DNA of 64,000 nt from Paraspadella gotoi. Lineage: Eukaryota; Animalia; Chaetognatha. Positions 11,460 to 23,323 of the stretch are shown piece by piece (position 1 is the stretch's first letter; every line of letters starts with the position of its first letter). The position numbers were made by a program, and so were the translations under genes. The notes under the pieces were generated by a model. It worked only from the letters and a program-made list of their open reading frames with translations. It was not told the DNA's origin and made no database searches. The stretch is from positions 10,498,766-10,562,765 of the forward strand of contig CM119270.1 of NCBI GenBank assembly GCA_051294375.1, read 5' to 3'.

Positions 11460-11820
11460 CTCACGTGACCCCTCCCAAAAAAAAGAGGCCAATACCCTTA
11501 ACCGATTATTTAGTCAGGCGACCAACCACGTGATAAATCACGTGGCCAATCAGGTGGCCGTTCACCTGACTGATTAGCCATCGCCTGGCCCTTTGCGAGC
11601 GCGAGAGAGTTCACGTGAACGGTTCGGCTTCGCGATTGGGATCTTGATTGATGGCGGAATCTCACGGCGGAATTCGAAATGGGAAAATGACCGGCGAAGG
11701 TCGACATAGTGGAAAAAATGGGAGGGGAAGGGAAGTGGGTGGGCGAGGAGCAGGGAGGAAGGATTAGGGTAACTATTCGGCTTAAAGAGGAGCGTCTGAT
11801 TGGAAAGTGGTGTAAACGAG
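11460..11820. promoter_or_regulatory. Promoter-like cluster of CACGTG E-boxes and CCAAT boxes
   Basis: Four CACGTG between ~11462 and ~11617, CCAAT/ATTGG at ~11489, ~11546, ~11799; followed by CT-rich leader-like sequence from ~12005. Confidence 0.5.
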
Positions 11821-13257
11821 GGCAATTAACAAAAATAATGAAATAAATAATTGAAATAAGGTGATATTCAAATGTACTAATACCGTAAAAAAAGAGAAAA
11901 AAATAATAGGAAGAAGTCGTTTTTACTTTCTTTTTTCTATGAGCGGCAATGGAAAACAATATACTATCATACTTTTTAGCACGCATGCCACACGCGCGCA
12001 CTTTCACTATTCTCTCTCTCTCTCGTCTCTCTCTGCTCTCTCTGCTGCTCTTGCTCGTATCTCGTATCTGTCGCTCTCGTCTCTCGTCTCTCTCTCAGCA
12101 ACGCATTTTTCGCGCTCTTGTTGCGGCGGCTGTCTCTGCCGTCCTGTTCCGCTCGGTCGGCTTATCGGTCGGCTTCGGTCGGCTTCCCCCAAATTGCATT
12201 ATTTCCTGGTCAAATCCCGGAATTACGTCGCAATGGGTTGACCGCTGGACGCCGGCCTGGCCTTCTTGCCCCTCAAAGCCTGGAGACCTTGCCCTATTCT
12301 CTTCTACCCCTCCTCACTTTCTCGTCAGCCTCGTCTAGTTTTACTTACCTCCTTGATTCCTAGTTAAGCCCTGCGCACTGCTACGGACCTGCAACGCTCC
12401 TTCCCCGACATCAGAACCATCTGGCTTCAAAAACTACCAATGTAAATATCTGAAAGGTAACTAGCAAAGCGTACGCGTTTTAAATACGGATTAAAAATGG
12501 GTTTTACGTGCATTCCAGTCATTTNNNNNNNNNNNNNNNNNNNNNNNNNNNNNNNNNNNNNNNNNNNNNNNNNNNNNNNNNNNNNNNNNNNNNNNNNNNN
12601 NNNNNNNNNNNNNNNNNNNNNNNNNNNNNNNNNNNNNNNNNNNNNNNNNNNNNNNNNNNNNNNNNNNNNNNNNNNNNNNNNNNNNNNNNNNNNNNNNNNN
12701 NNNNNNNNNNNNTCCGTACATAAATAAAAATCGTTGTTTAAATCTCTAAACTCAACGAAACTGAAAGGATTAACTTTTCTCAAACATTTATGGATTCTTT
12801 TTTTTTAACCTCCAGCCAGTAGCGTGTAGAGAATTGGCGGGCTACTCCACATTTTGGTTCGTCCTGAGCCCTCCAGTAAGCTTGGCTCATCCAACCCTCT
12901 AAAATTAACTATACAAGTTAGAAAAAAAAGGGTTTTCAATTGTTTGGGTGTTTTTAAAAATTACATATTACAATTTATATTATTTCAAAGACCCCATGAG
13001 CTTTTCCCTAACCCCCCTTGATTTTGTAGTAGGTTTATAACCCTCTATACTCCCCTGCCCCCACCATTTCCAGAGTGAGATTACCTTTTTAACAAGTATA
13101 AGCCTGAACCTTCTTAAATTTTACCTGCTCTACTTTATTTCCTGACAGCATTACGAGACTAGTATAACAATTTATGCCCCAACTAAATATAAAATCTAGC
13201 ATTTATATGGTGGCTTTTATCCGAAAAAACTCTTTATTACCTCTAACCTACATATAC

Positions 13258-15181
13258 ACAATAATAAAATGAATTTTTGCTTTACATATTTTTTTTATTT
13301 TATATACTTTATTCTTACTTTTTGATTATTAAACGAGTAATATTTAATCTTACTGTAAAAATAAACAATATCACTATTTTTTTTATTAATAATAAAAATA
13401 TTTTTAAACTTTTCATCAATTATTATAAAAAATATAATTTTTCTTGTATAACCTTTAATATCTTTTTATCGGGTTGCATTAGAAAGATTAAAACTATAGC
13501 AACAGAAAGCCCAGATAAAATACTAATTGATTTACACTAAATTTTATATAAAATGATAAGAATAAGCTTATAACAATTTTAAAAAAATTTAAAATATTAA
13601 TTTTTTAAAAATTTTATTAAAAAATAGTCAGTTGAAAAAATTTAAAAACTAGCTTAGGGATTTTATTTGATCATTTATAGGAAAGTACTTTTTTAGATCA
13701 ATATTTAAAATTTTTTTTTTTTACCATAAAGTTATATTAAAACCATAACAATGAATAAAAACAATAAGGAGATAATTGTAAATATNNNNNNNNNNNNNNN
13801 NNNNNNNNNNNNNNNNNNNNNNNNNNNNNNNNNNNNNNNNNNNNNNNNNNNNNNNNNNNNNNNNNNNNNNNNNNNNNNNNNNNNNNNNNNNNNNNNNNNN
13901 NNNNNNNNNNNNNNNNNNNNNNNNNNNNNNNNNNNNNNNNNNNNNNNNNNNNNNNNNNNNNNNNNNNNNNNNNNNNNNNNNNNNAAATAAAGTCAATCCA
14001 TGCAGTATTTTAAGCGTGAGACATATAAAATTTATATCAAAAAAGATGCCTTCTGCCAAAATTCTTTAGTACTCCAAAACCTGATGGGCAACAAACCTAC
14101 CTGTGTTCAATCATCTTAAGGCAATATAGGCTCATTTCACATCATGACGTAAGAGTTATCAAACCNNNNNNNNNNACAATAATAAAATGAATTTTTGCTT
14201 TACATATTTTTTTTATTTTATATACTTTATTCTTACTTTTTGATTATTAAATGAGTAATATTTAATCTGTCTAATGCAACCCGATAAAAAGATATTAAAG
14301 GTTATACAAGAAAAATTATATTTTTTTATAATAATTGATGACAAGTTTAAAAATATTTTTATTATTAATAAAAAAATAGTGATATTGTTTATTTTTAAAA
14401 CAATATCACTATTTTTTATTATTAATAAAAAAATAGTAGTATTGTTTATTTTTAAAACAATATCACTATTTTTTTATTAATAATAAAAATATGTTTAAAC
14501 TTTTCATCAATTATTATAAAAAATATAATTTTTCTTGTATAACCTTTAATATCTTTTTATCGGGTTGCATTAGAAAGATTAAAACTGTAGCAACAGAAAG
14601 CCCTGAAAAATACTAATTGATTTACATATATTTTATATAAAAAGATAAGAATAAGCTTATAACAATTTTTAAAAAAGTTTAAAATATTATTTTTTTTTTA
14701 AATTTTATTAAAAAATAGTCAGTTGAAAAAATTTAAAAACTAGCATAGGGATTTTATTTGATCATTTATGGGAAAGTACTTTTTTAGATCAATATTTAAT
14801 TTTTTTTTTACCATAAAGTTATATTAAAACCTTAACAATGAATAAAAACAATAAGGAGATAATTGTAAATATNNNNNNNNNNNNNNNNNNNNNNNNNNNN
14901 NNNNNNNNNNNNNNNNNNNNNNNNNNNNNNNNNNNNNNNNNNNNNNNNNNNNNNNNNNNNNNNNNNNNNNNNNNNNNNNNNNNNNNNNNNNNNNNNNNNN
15001 NNNNNNNNNNNNNNNNNNNNNNNNNNNNNNNNNNNNNNNNNNNNNNNNNNNNNNNNNNNNNAAATAAAGTCAATCCATGCAGTATTTTAAGCGTGAGACA
15101 TTTAAAATTTATATAAAAAGAGATGCCTTCTGCCAAAATTCTTTAGTACTCAAAAACCTTATGTGCAACAAACCTACCTGT
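13258..15181. repeat. ~0.9-kb direct duplication (13258-14104 and 14176-15181) with matching internal N gaps
   Basis: Near-identical sequence, same gap position in both copies, short N gap at junction; possibly two haplotypes. Confidence 0.8.
14270..14574. repeat. ~300-bp near-perfect palindrome present only in second duplicate
   Basis: tctaatgcaacccgataaaaagat... mirrored by ...atctttttatcgggttgcattaga. Confidence 0.85.
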
Positions 15182-15254
15182 CAAACCCCTCAACTTATGT
15201 AGCTTTTTCCATGCATTAAATGCAATTTTTATAACTATACTGATTCACTGTATT

Positions 15255-15490
15255 CATTTGTAAAGTGACAGTACGCTTGAGAAACTCTGTAATACATAAG
15301 GGAGAGAGGTCCTTTTATAGTACAGTTGAAAGAGTTTATCCACTCCATTAATAGATATTATGCAAGCCAGTTAACCGAATTGTGAGAAAGTCTCCTGTAC
15401 GTTAGATGGATGAAGGCCAAAGTCAGGGGCAAGATAGCTTGTTTATTCAAAGAATGAAAAAAATATTATATTGGTTGTATATATTTTATA
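15255..15490 (-). mobile_element. Diverged relative of the ~320-bp element, opposite orientation
   Basis: ccaaagtcaggggcaagatagctt and tatattggttgta are reverse complements of the 8568 unit. Confidence 0.6.
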
Positions 15491-17968
15491 AAAGCAGAAA
15501 AGATCCTGAAAAAAAAAACCAAATGGTTGACAAAAAACTTCAAGCGCGACTCTTGTGATTGTGAATTTGAATTCGACGAAGGGACTCGGGATAAGGGGGT
15601 CGGAATGACGAGATTCTCGAGGAAGGGCAGAATGCGGTAGAATTGGGGTAAGAGAACTCGGTCAAAATAGGGTGCGAGGACGAGTAGACGGGTCTAGAGG
15701 CTAAGGGGTTCAGAGCAGAGCCGGGTCGGGTCGGGTTGGGGGGAAAAAGCTGGAAAGCCGGAGGGCGCGGCCGAGATAATCCCTGGAATTGNNNNNNNNN
15801 NNNNNNNNNNNNNNNNNNNNNNNNNNNNNNNNNNNNNNNNNNNNNNNNNNNNNNNNNNNNNNNNNNNNNNNNNNNNNNNNNNNNNNNNNNNNNNNNNNNN
15901 NNNNNNNNNNNNNNNNNNNNNNNNNNNNNNNNNNNNNNNNNNNNNNNNNNNNNNNNNNNNNNNNNNNNNNNNNNNNNNNNNNNNNNNNNNNNNNNNNNNN
16001 NNNNNNNNNNNNNNNNNNNNNNNNNNNNNNNNNNNNNNNNNNNNNNNNNNNNNNNNNNNNNNNNNNNNNNNNNNNNNNNNNNNNNNNNNNNNNNNNNNNN
16101 NNNNNNNNNNNNNNNNNNNNNNNNNNNNNNNNNNNNNNNNNNNNNNNNNNNNNNNNNNNNNNNNNNNNNNNNNNNNNNNNNNNNNNNNNNNNNNNNNNNN
16201 NNNNNNNNNNNNNNNNNNNNNNNNNNNNNNNNNNNNNNNNNNNNNNNNNNNNNNNNNNNNNNNNNNNNNNNNNNNNNNNNNNNNNNNNNNNNNNNNNNNN
16301 NNNNNNNNNNNNNNNNNNNNNNNNNNNNNNNNNNNNNNNNNNNNNNNNNNNNNNNNNNNNNNNNNNNNNNNNNTACAAGCTTCTTCGCGTATCTCGACCT
16401 TTTTTGATCAAGGGAATTTTTGCCGGATTACGGAGAATGGCTTCGATTACTTGTGACAGCGGGTTCTCCCTCCCTCTCTCCGTTTCCCTCTCTCTCTTCC
16501 CACCTTCCTCTCATTCTCTCTCTTCTCCAGCTTATCCCACACCTCTCTTCTCTGCCGCTCGCTCGCGCGCGCGATCGCTCTCCCTTGATTAATGGAATTC
16601 GCGAAAAAAAAGTTCCATGTCAGGCGGAAATCGCGCCGAGAAAATTCCGTCGACGAAAATATAAAAGTTTTCACGCTCGTGGAGTTTTTCCGAACAACGA
16701 AAATACTTTTTTTTTGATGAGTTTATCAATGTTTATTTTGAACTGTGCAGAATCGTTTACATCGTTTTTATGGACCGTTGAATATATATATATGTAAATA
16801 TGTACCGTGATTTTATCCAGATTCGGTATTTAATTTTCTGACCATGAGAAGGAAAGAATAAAAAAAATTGAAAAAGTATAGAACCGAGTAAATATAAAAG
16901 AAGAAAAGTAGGGAAAAAGAAAGGAAAAAAATAAAGAGAAAAAAATAAAAGAGAAAAAAAGGAAGAAAAAATTGGTCTGACCCTCAGAAAAGTCGATAGC
17001 CCCTCGAAATTGAAGGGCAATGAGGCGTGGGGATTTCTGAGGGAGAAAAGAAGGACAGAGGTGTCGTGGTATGAAAGGGGTGGAGGAGAATATGTCTGGC
17101 TTTTTTTGTGGGGGGCGAGGGTTTGAAAGGGCCTGAGACAGTGACGGATGGGGTAGGAGTTGTCTCGCGATGTTACAAAGTATTTTTATGGTCAGGGTGG
17201 TTTTCTTACTGTGAAGGTAGGGTCGAGTTGGAGAGAGAAAGAGAGACAAGAGAGCGATATTGAGAGTAGAGAGAGTAGCGAGAGAGAGAGAGACGAGAGA
17301 GAGAGAAAGAGCAGAGAGAGAGCATGAGAAGAGAGAGGCAGAGGAGCGAGAGGAAGGTGGCGCGGGTGGAAAGCGTGTAAGGGCACAAAAGCCAATGAAT
17401 ATGCCTGTCGTCGCTCTGGACAGGTTCACGAAAGATGGCCCAAAGATACTATAAGGAAGGAGGACCGCAGGAGAAGAGGTATGGAGGAGGAAGAGGAGGA
17501 AGACGACGGGGAAATTGAGGAAATCAGAGGCGGAAAATGGGTTTTGGATTCCGTCACATCCCAGAGGAGGAGAAGAGGAAGGGAGGAGTTGGAGAGGGAG
17601 GGAGGGAGGAAGGGAGGTAGAAGTAGAAAGGAAGGGGGAAGGAGGAGAAAGAGGAAAACGATGAAGAAGTTAAGTAAAGGAGAGAAGTGGTAAAGTTAAA
17701 ATGTGACGTGAATTAAATGAAATAAAGAATAAAAGTGAAAAAGTAATGAGTCCGAAAATGAACAAGTTAACCGGTGAATTTGTTAATGGAAATTTAATTT
17801 AACGTTAGCAGACTCAATTAGTCAAAACATCATCTGGCGCTATTTATCGTTAAAATATAAGCAACTTACCAAAATATTTTACTGTAGTATATAGTTAAAA
17901 GTTTAAAAAGTTTAATCCCTCCTTCCCGTGAAGCTCCATCATCAAAGTCAAAACCACTAGTTAGCTGT

Positions 17969-18136
17969 TGGTCACTTTGGGTTCAGCGGATCATGTTGGA
18001 CCACATGGGCAACACTGGGTCACGTCGTGTAAGGATCAGATGCGGGTCACCTGTCGGGTCAGGTGCCGAGCCACGCGCGGGGTCAGGTTCTTCGGTCGAC
18101 GGGGCGCCGGTCAATGCGCGAGCGTGCGAACGGTCA
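17969..18136 (+). promoter_or_regulatory. Cluster of nuclear-receptor-type half sites
   Basis: Seven co-oriented GGTCA (four GGGTCA at 18017, 18044, 18056, 18080) in a non-repetitive CpG-rich patch. Confidence 0.45.
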
Positions 18137-19143
18137 AAAAGGCGGGGAGGGGCGACAATGAGGAGGAGGAGGAGGAGGAGGAGGAGGAAGAGGAGGAAGG
18201 CCGCGTAATAATAAGCCGCGCAACCAGGAACCAGGAAAAAGCAAGGACGCGAAAAACTAGATTGCCGACAGGAAGGGGGGGAGGCGAGGAAGGGATGGTG
18301 GGGGGAGAGGAAAGGAGGAGGGGAGAAAAAAGTAGGAGGGAAAGAAAAAGGAATTAAGGAGGAAAGGAAAAAAAAGTGAAGAAAGTTAAGGCAAAGCCTG
18401 AAACTTAGGAAAGATGAAATGGAAGAAGAAATATGACTTTAAATTTATTAATTTCTATTTTTCCGATTATCACTCTCCGAAGAAAGACAGAAAAACTAAA
18501 AAAAAATGAAAGGGAAAGAAAAAAAAAGAAAAATGGAGAGGACTGAGGATAAAAGAAAGGATGAAATGAAAAGATAGGAAGAGGTAAGTGAAGGACATCC
18601 TCTCTTCCTCCTTTCACTCACTCTTTTCCCCTTTTTATTCTTTCCGTGAAATATATAATTTTTAATCGACAATAAACAATGTTGTTTACCATACACCCGC
18701 ATGAATTTTGATTAGGAAAAAGGCATTACTCTCTCTGTCTCTTTCTCACACAAAACGAAATTAAAGGGAGAATACTTTTTTATTTCTATTTACTCGACGA
18801 GTGCTTTTTTTGTTTTTGATTTTTGCGTTTCGCGAGCAATCTCAGCAACCCTTTGCCCAAAAGGAAAAAAAAACGAGACGAAGAAATAAAATAAGTCGTC
18901 CGGCGATTTTTTCTCGGCGGGGGTCGACCGGATAACCGGCCGGTCAACTCGGGCGGTCAGAAAAAGTGCCGGAAACGGCCGACGCTTTTATGGGCTGACC
19001 GAGATTTCTCCGGCAAACATTTCAACCCCTCTGAAAACGCAGCTGACGACGACGATGACGACGACGATGACGATAACGATAGACTTGTTTGACTTTTGTT
19101 TGACTCGCCAAATCTTGTTTGGCAGAAACAAGAAACCGTTTGA

Positions 19144-19190
<47 letters not shown>

Positions 19191-20589
19191 AGCATTTTAC
19201 AGCTCCTTACTCGTTCCTAGGCTCTGGAGTGTTAGGGTTTCCGCGTAATATTTATATGGAAAAGAAATTGATAGACAACGGAAAAGTTGTTAAGGAAAAT
19301 TAAGATGAAATTGCTTTTGGGGATGAATTTAGTGAGAGATAGTAAAGATTAAAGACTAAAGTACCGAGAGGTTAAACGGGCTGTAATGGAATGAGGAAAT
19401 TCTGGATAAAAAATACATGTATTCTTTACTATTTTTTTTTAGTTTTATGAATTCTGAGTCAAATTTTTTTCATATTTCGCTAAATTTTCTAGTCCCAATT
19501 TTTGAAGATGCTTCTCTTTCCTTTCTTATTTTATTTAATACTTTTATTTCTTTTTCTTTCCTTTCCTTTTTTCCTATTAAATCTTTGTTAGCTTGGCTCT
19601 CTCTCTCTCCCTCCTTTTCCGTCTCCTCTTTTCTTCCTTTTTACACATAAATTATCTCTCCCTTTCTCTCTTCGTCATCTCCCCCTTTCCATCTTTTATC
19701 TTTAACAATTCGATTTTTTTATTCCACAATTTCCGTCCAGGCCACAAATTTCAATTTAAATATATTTCCCTATTTTATTGACTGAGTGTCTATCTGTATG
19801 TCTGTCTTTAGGTCTCCTCTCTTTATCCCTCTATCTTTCTCCCTCTGAATTTCATCGCTAACTCCTTTGCAGCCGCCCTCTGAGTCTACGTCTCTCTCTC
19901 CCTTTCTTACCAGCTCCATCTCTCGCTTTCCCCTCATCATAATATTTCCAATTTCATGGTGTCAAGACAAAAACGGTGGCAAATCAAGTCTGCGGCGAAA
20001 GACCGACGGACGGACGCCTCGCTTGAGGGATGAGGTTGTTCTCTCGACGACGACGACGACGACGACGACCACGACGACGACGACAACGACGACAGAAGAG
20101 CCGACGACTATAATGACGGTGACGACGAGGAAAACGTTGATAAAAGGTGGTAGGATTAGAATTGCAACGACTCTAGGAGTATTAAGTAGAAATAGTAAAA
20201 TCGGCTTATATAGGAAAAGATGAGAATGTTTAACAATTGAGTAGCAGGAGAGTTTGATGATTAACGTCATAAAATTAAGGAAGCTTTAAAATTTAACAAT
20301 AAAAGGAGCTTAATCAAATAAAAATGTTTCGCCGCGGGCTGCCGAAAAATAGAGTTAAACGTTCGCCATTGCAAGTGCAAACGTCGAAATTGTTTACGAT
20401 TCCGAATTCACTCAGTTTCACTGCAGTTTTCAATATTTTTCGCCCAACAGATCATCTTCCTACGTTTCATTCTCTTAAAAGTTCACGTTTTCTCATTCCA
20501 TTTAAATTCTCACATCCACTTTTCGTTTCCCTCCCCTTAAAATTCTCCAACTCAATTTGAACTCTTCGCTAGGCCGAATCTTTTCACAC

Positions 20590-21260
20590 GTTCCTCCCTC
20601 AAATCCACCTTCTCCACCTCTTCCTCTTTCTCTTCCTCCCCCTGCCCCTTTCCACCTCTTCTTTCCATTTCTTCCTCCCCATCTTGCCCCCTCCATCTCT
20701 TCCCTGCCCTTGCCCCCCTCCACCTACTCCTCCATCCTCTCCCTCCACCTCTTGCTCAGTCCGCCCCACACCTTCTCCTCTCCCCCCTCCCTACCTTCTC
20801 CTCCTCTCCCCCTTACCTCTCCTCCCTCCCCTTCACTTCATCTCTTCCTCCCACCTTCTCATCTTCCTGCTCCCTACCCATTCCACTCTTCCTCCCCCTA
20901 CTCCCTCCCCCTCTTGCTCCTCTATGCCCCCTCCACCTCTTTTCCATCTCTTCTTCCACTGACCCTTTCACCATCTTCCGTCCACCTCTTCATCTCCATG
21001 CCCCCTCCACCTATTTTCCTGCTCCTGTCCCCCTCCACCTCTATCGCTCCCCTGCCCCCTCCCCCTCCTTGCTCCTCTTGCCCCTCTCCACCTCATCCTC
21101 CACTCTCCTCCTCCACTGCCCCATTTCCACCTCTCCTCCCTTCGACCCCCTCACCTCATTCCTCCCATCTGCCCCCTTCACTCTCATTCCTCCATTCTCT
21201 TCCTCACCCCTCGTCTCCATCTTTTTCCTCCACCTCTTCCTCTCCTGCCCCCCTCCACTC
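20590..21260. repeat. C/T-rich low-complexity tract
   Basis: Degenerate cctccacctct/ctgcccc units; source of Pro/Ser ORF 20557-21438. Confidence 0.85.
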
Positions 21261-21935
21261 TTCTCAATATCGTTCCTCCTTAAACCCCTCTCAACGCCTG
21301 TCACCTCGTCCTCCTCTATATTTTTTCTTCAGTTCACAGTTTACAACTCCACTCGTATTTTCTGTCTCACAGCCTCGCTCTACTTTTCTCACGTTTTCGC
21401 ACCCTCGCTTTTATCCCCACCCTAATCTTTTTTTTTAATCTTCGTTCTCCCTCTCACCCCTTTCTTCGTATCTCGATCGCATCTCAACTATAATCTCTCT
21501 GATAGTTCCCCGCCACTCTTTTTTTTTTCAAAAATGTTTCATTCTTTTACACTTTTTTTTCTTTTTCCTCAACAATTTTTCTCAACTTTTCTCCCTTTTT
21601 TAGTATTTTCTTTCCTTGTTTACATTTACCTTTTCTTTCCCTACAGTATTTCCCACTTTGCTTCTTCATTCTGTACTCTTTTTCCTACCCTATTTCATAA
21701 TTTCCTACTATTCCCTTTTCCCTTTTACCCCTCTCCTTTTTCATATCGTTCTATTCCTTTCTTTCATTTTTTCCTCCCCTTTCCTTTCCCCCTTCCTCCA
21801 AAACCGGTTCTCACTTCCTCTTCCTCTTCAGTTGATTAAATTTGCATATTCATTAAACGTATGACAAATTGAAGTGGCGACTTTTGCCCTTTGCCTCGCC
21901 GACGCAAAACTGCTCTCTCTCCATCTCCCCCCCTT

Positions 21936-21981
<46 letters not shown>

Positions 21982-22189
21982 TGTTCATAGTGGTTCTTAG
22001 TTCGGTTGACGTTTGTACGAGGAAGGCGTAAAGAATGAAAACAGTTGTAAAGTTGTAAGTGTAACTGGTTTTGGTTTCCTTTTCCTTTGCGTGAAAACAT
22101 AATATTGTAACCTCAACTTGGTTTTTTTAAAAACTCAACAGACCGTCATGAAGGTATCTTCCTTTTTTCCTCTTCATGTATAAGTCTTG

Positions 22190-22505
22190 TATGAAATTGT
22201 TACAACCAATATAAATATTATCCATTCATTTAATAAATAAGCTATATTGCCCCTGACTTTGGACAGACTTTGGTGGTTTAAGGACTCCATCACTCTTACA
22301 AGATAATGACATAGAAAATCCTTGCAAGTTTTCAATCAAGACTTGTTTATTCACTCCCAGAGTACCTGGCTTCCCTATCAATGAAAAGGTATGTTTCTAA
22401 GAACGTTTAAACTGCATGAAAAGACCACTCCCTAAAGTATTAGATCGGGGAATACTATATTGTACTCCGCCCAGCTTCAAAATACAATGAGCAGAAAATT
22501 GGTAC
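22190..22505. mobile_element. ~320-bp element copy
   Basis: Aligns by eye with 8568 unit; begins tatgaaattgttac and ends aaattggtac. Confidence 0.8.
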
Positions 22506-23323
22506 ATTGTACAATGTACAATTGTACATTGGTATATTGTACAATGTAATACTATGTATTATTTTACCAATTCCATGTCTTTCCTATTTTCATTTCCCGA
22601 CCCCTATCCACTCTTCCTATGTACCATTCTGTCTCTCTGTCCCCCTTGCCCCTGCACCCCCCTCTAATCTCTGTCCCCCTTGCCCCTGCATCTATCAGCC
22701 TTCTCTTTCTCCTTTCGCTACGAATGCGTTACTATGGAGACGATGGCGACGGCGGCGCGAGAAAGAAAAAAGATAAAAAAAGTGAGATGTGGCTTAAAAA
22801 GGTCGACAGACCAAAAAGGACAACCGTCACAACGCCGATGACGAAAAGGACAGCAATGGCGATTATGACGACAATAACGACGTTTTCGACAACGTTTTTT
22901 TACCACTACGACTGCTGCTGCCAATGTAACGTAGATAGTAACACCGACAGCGAAAAAGTACAAGTTTAATTTTATCACTTGCGTGAACTTCGGTTCTATT
23001 CGTTGTTGTCCCTGGCAGTTGTTATTTCGGAGATTATTGTAAAATATTATAGTTTTTGTGAACACTAACGTCGTCCCTTAATAAAAAATTGTAAAAACTA
23101 CAATAACAAATATATTCCTCAATCACCGTTAAAGCTTGGCTGACTTCGAATTAGACTAATAACTTTTTAGACTATGGCAATGTCACGCTCAGCTTTTTTC
23201 CTAACCAATAATACCCAACGAAATCCATATTCTTTGTATTTCCAAAACACGATTAATATTTTTTCTATTTTTAACTTTTAGTATTTTCATAATTTTTTNN
23301 NNNNNNNNNNNNNNNNNNNNNNN

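Noticed and set aside
11536-11552. ERSE/ERSE-II unfolded-protein element
   Set aside because: ATTGG and CCACG are adjacent without the canonical spacer
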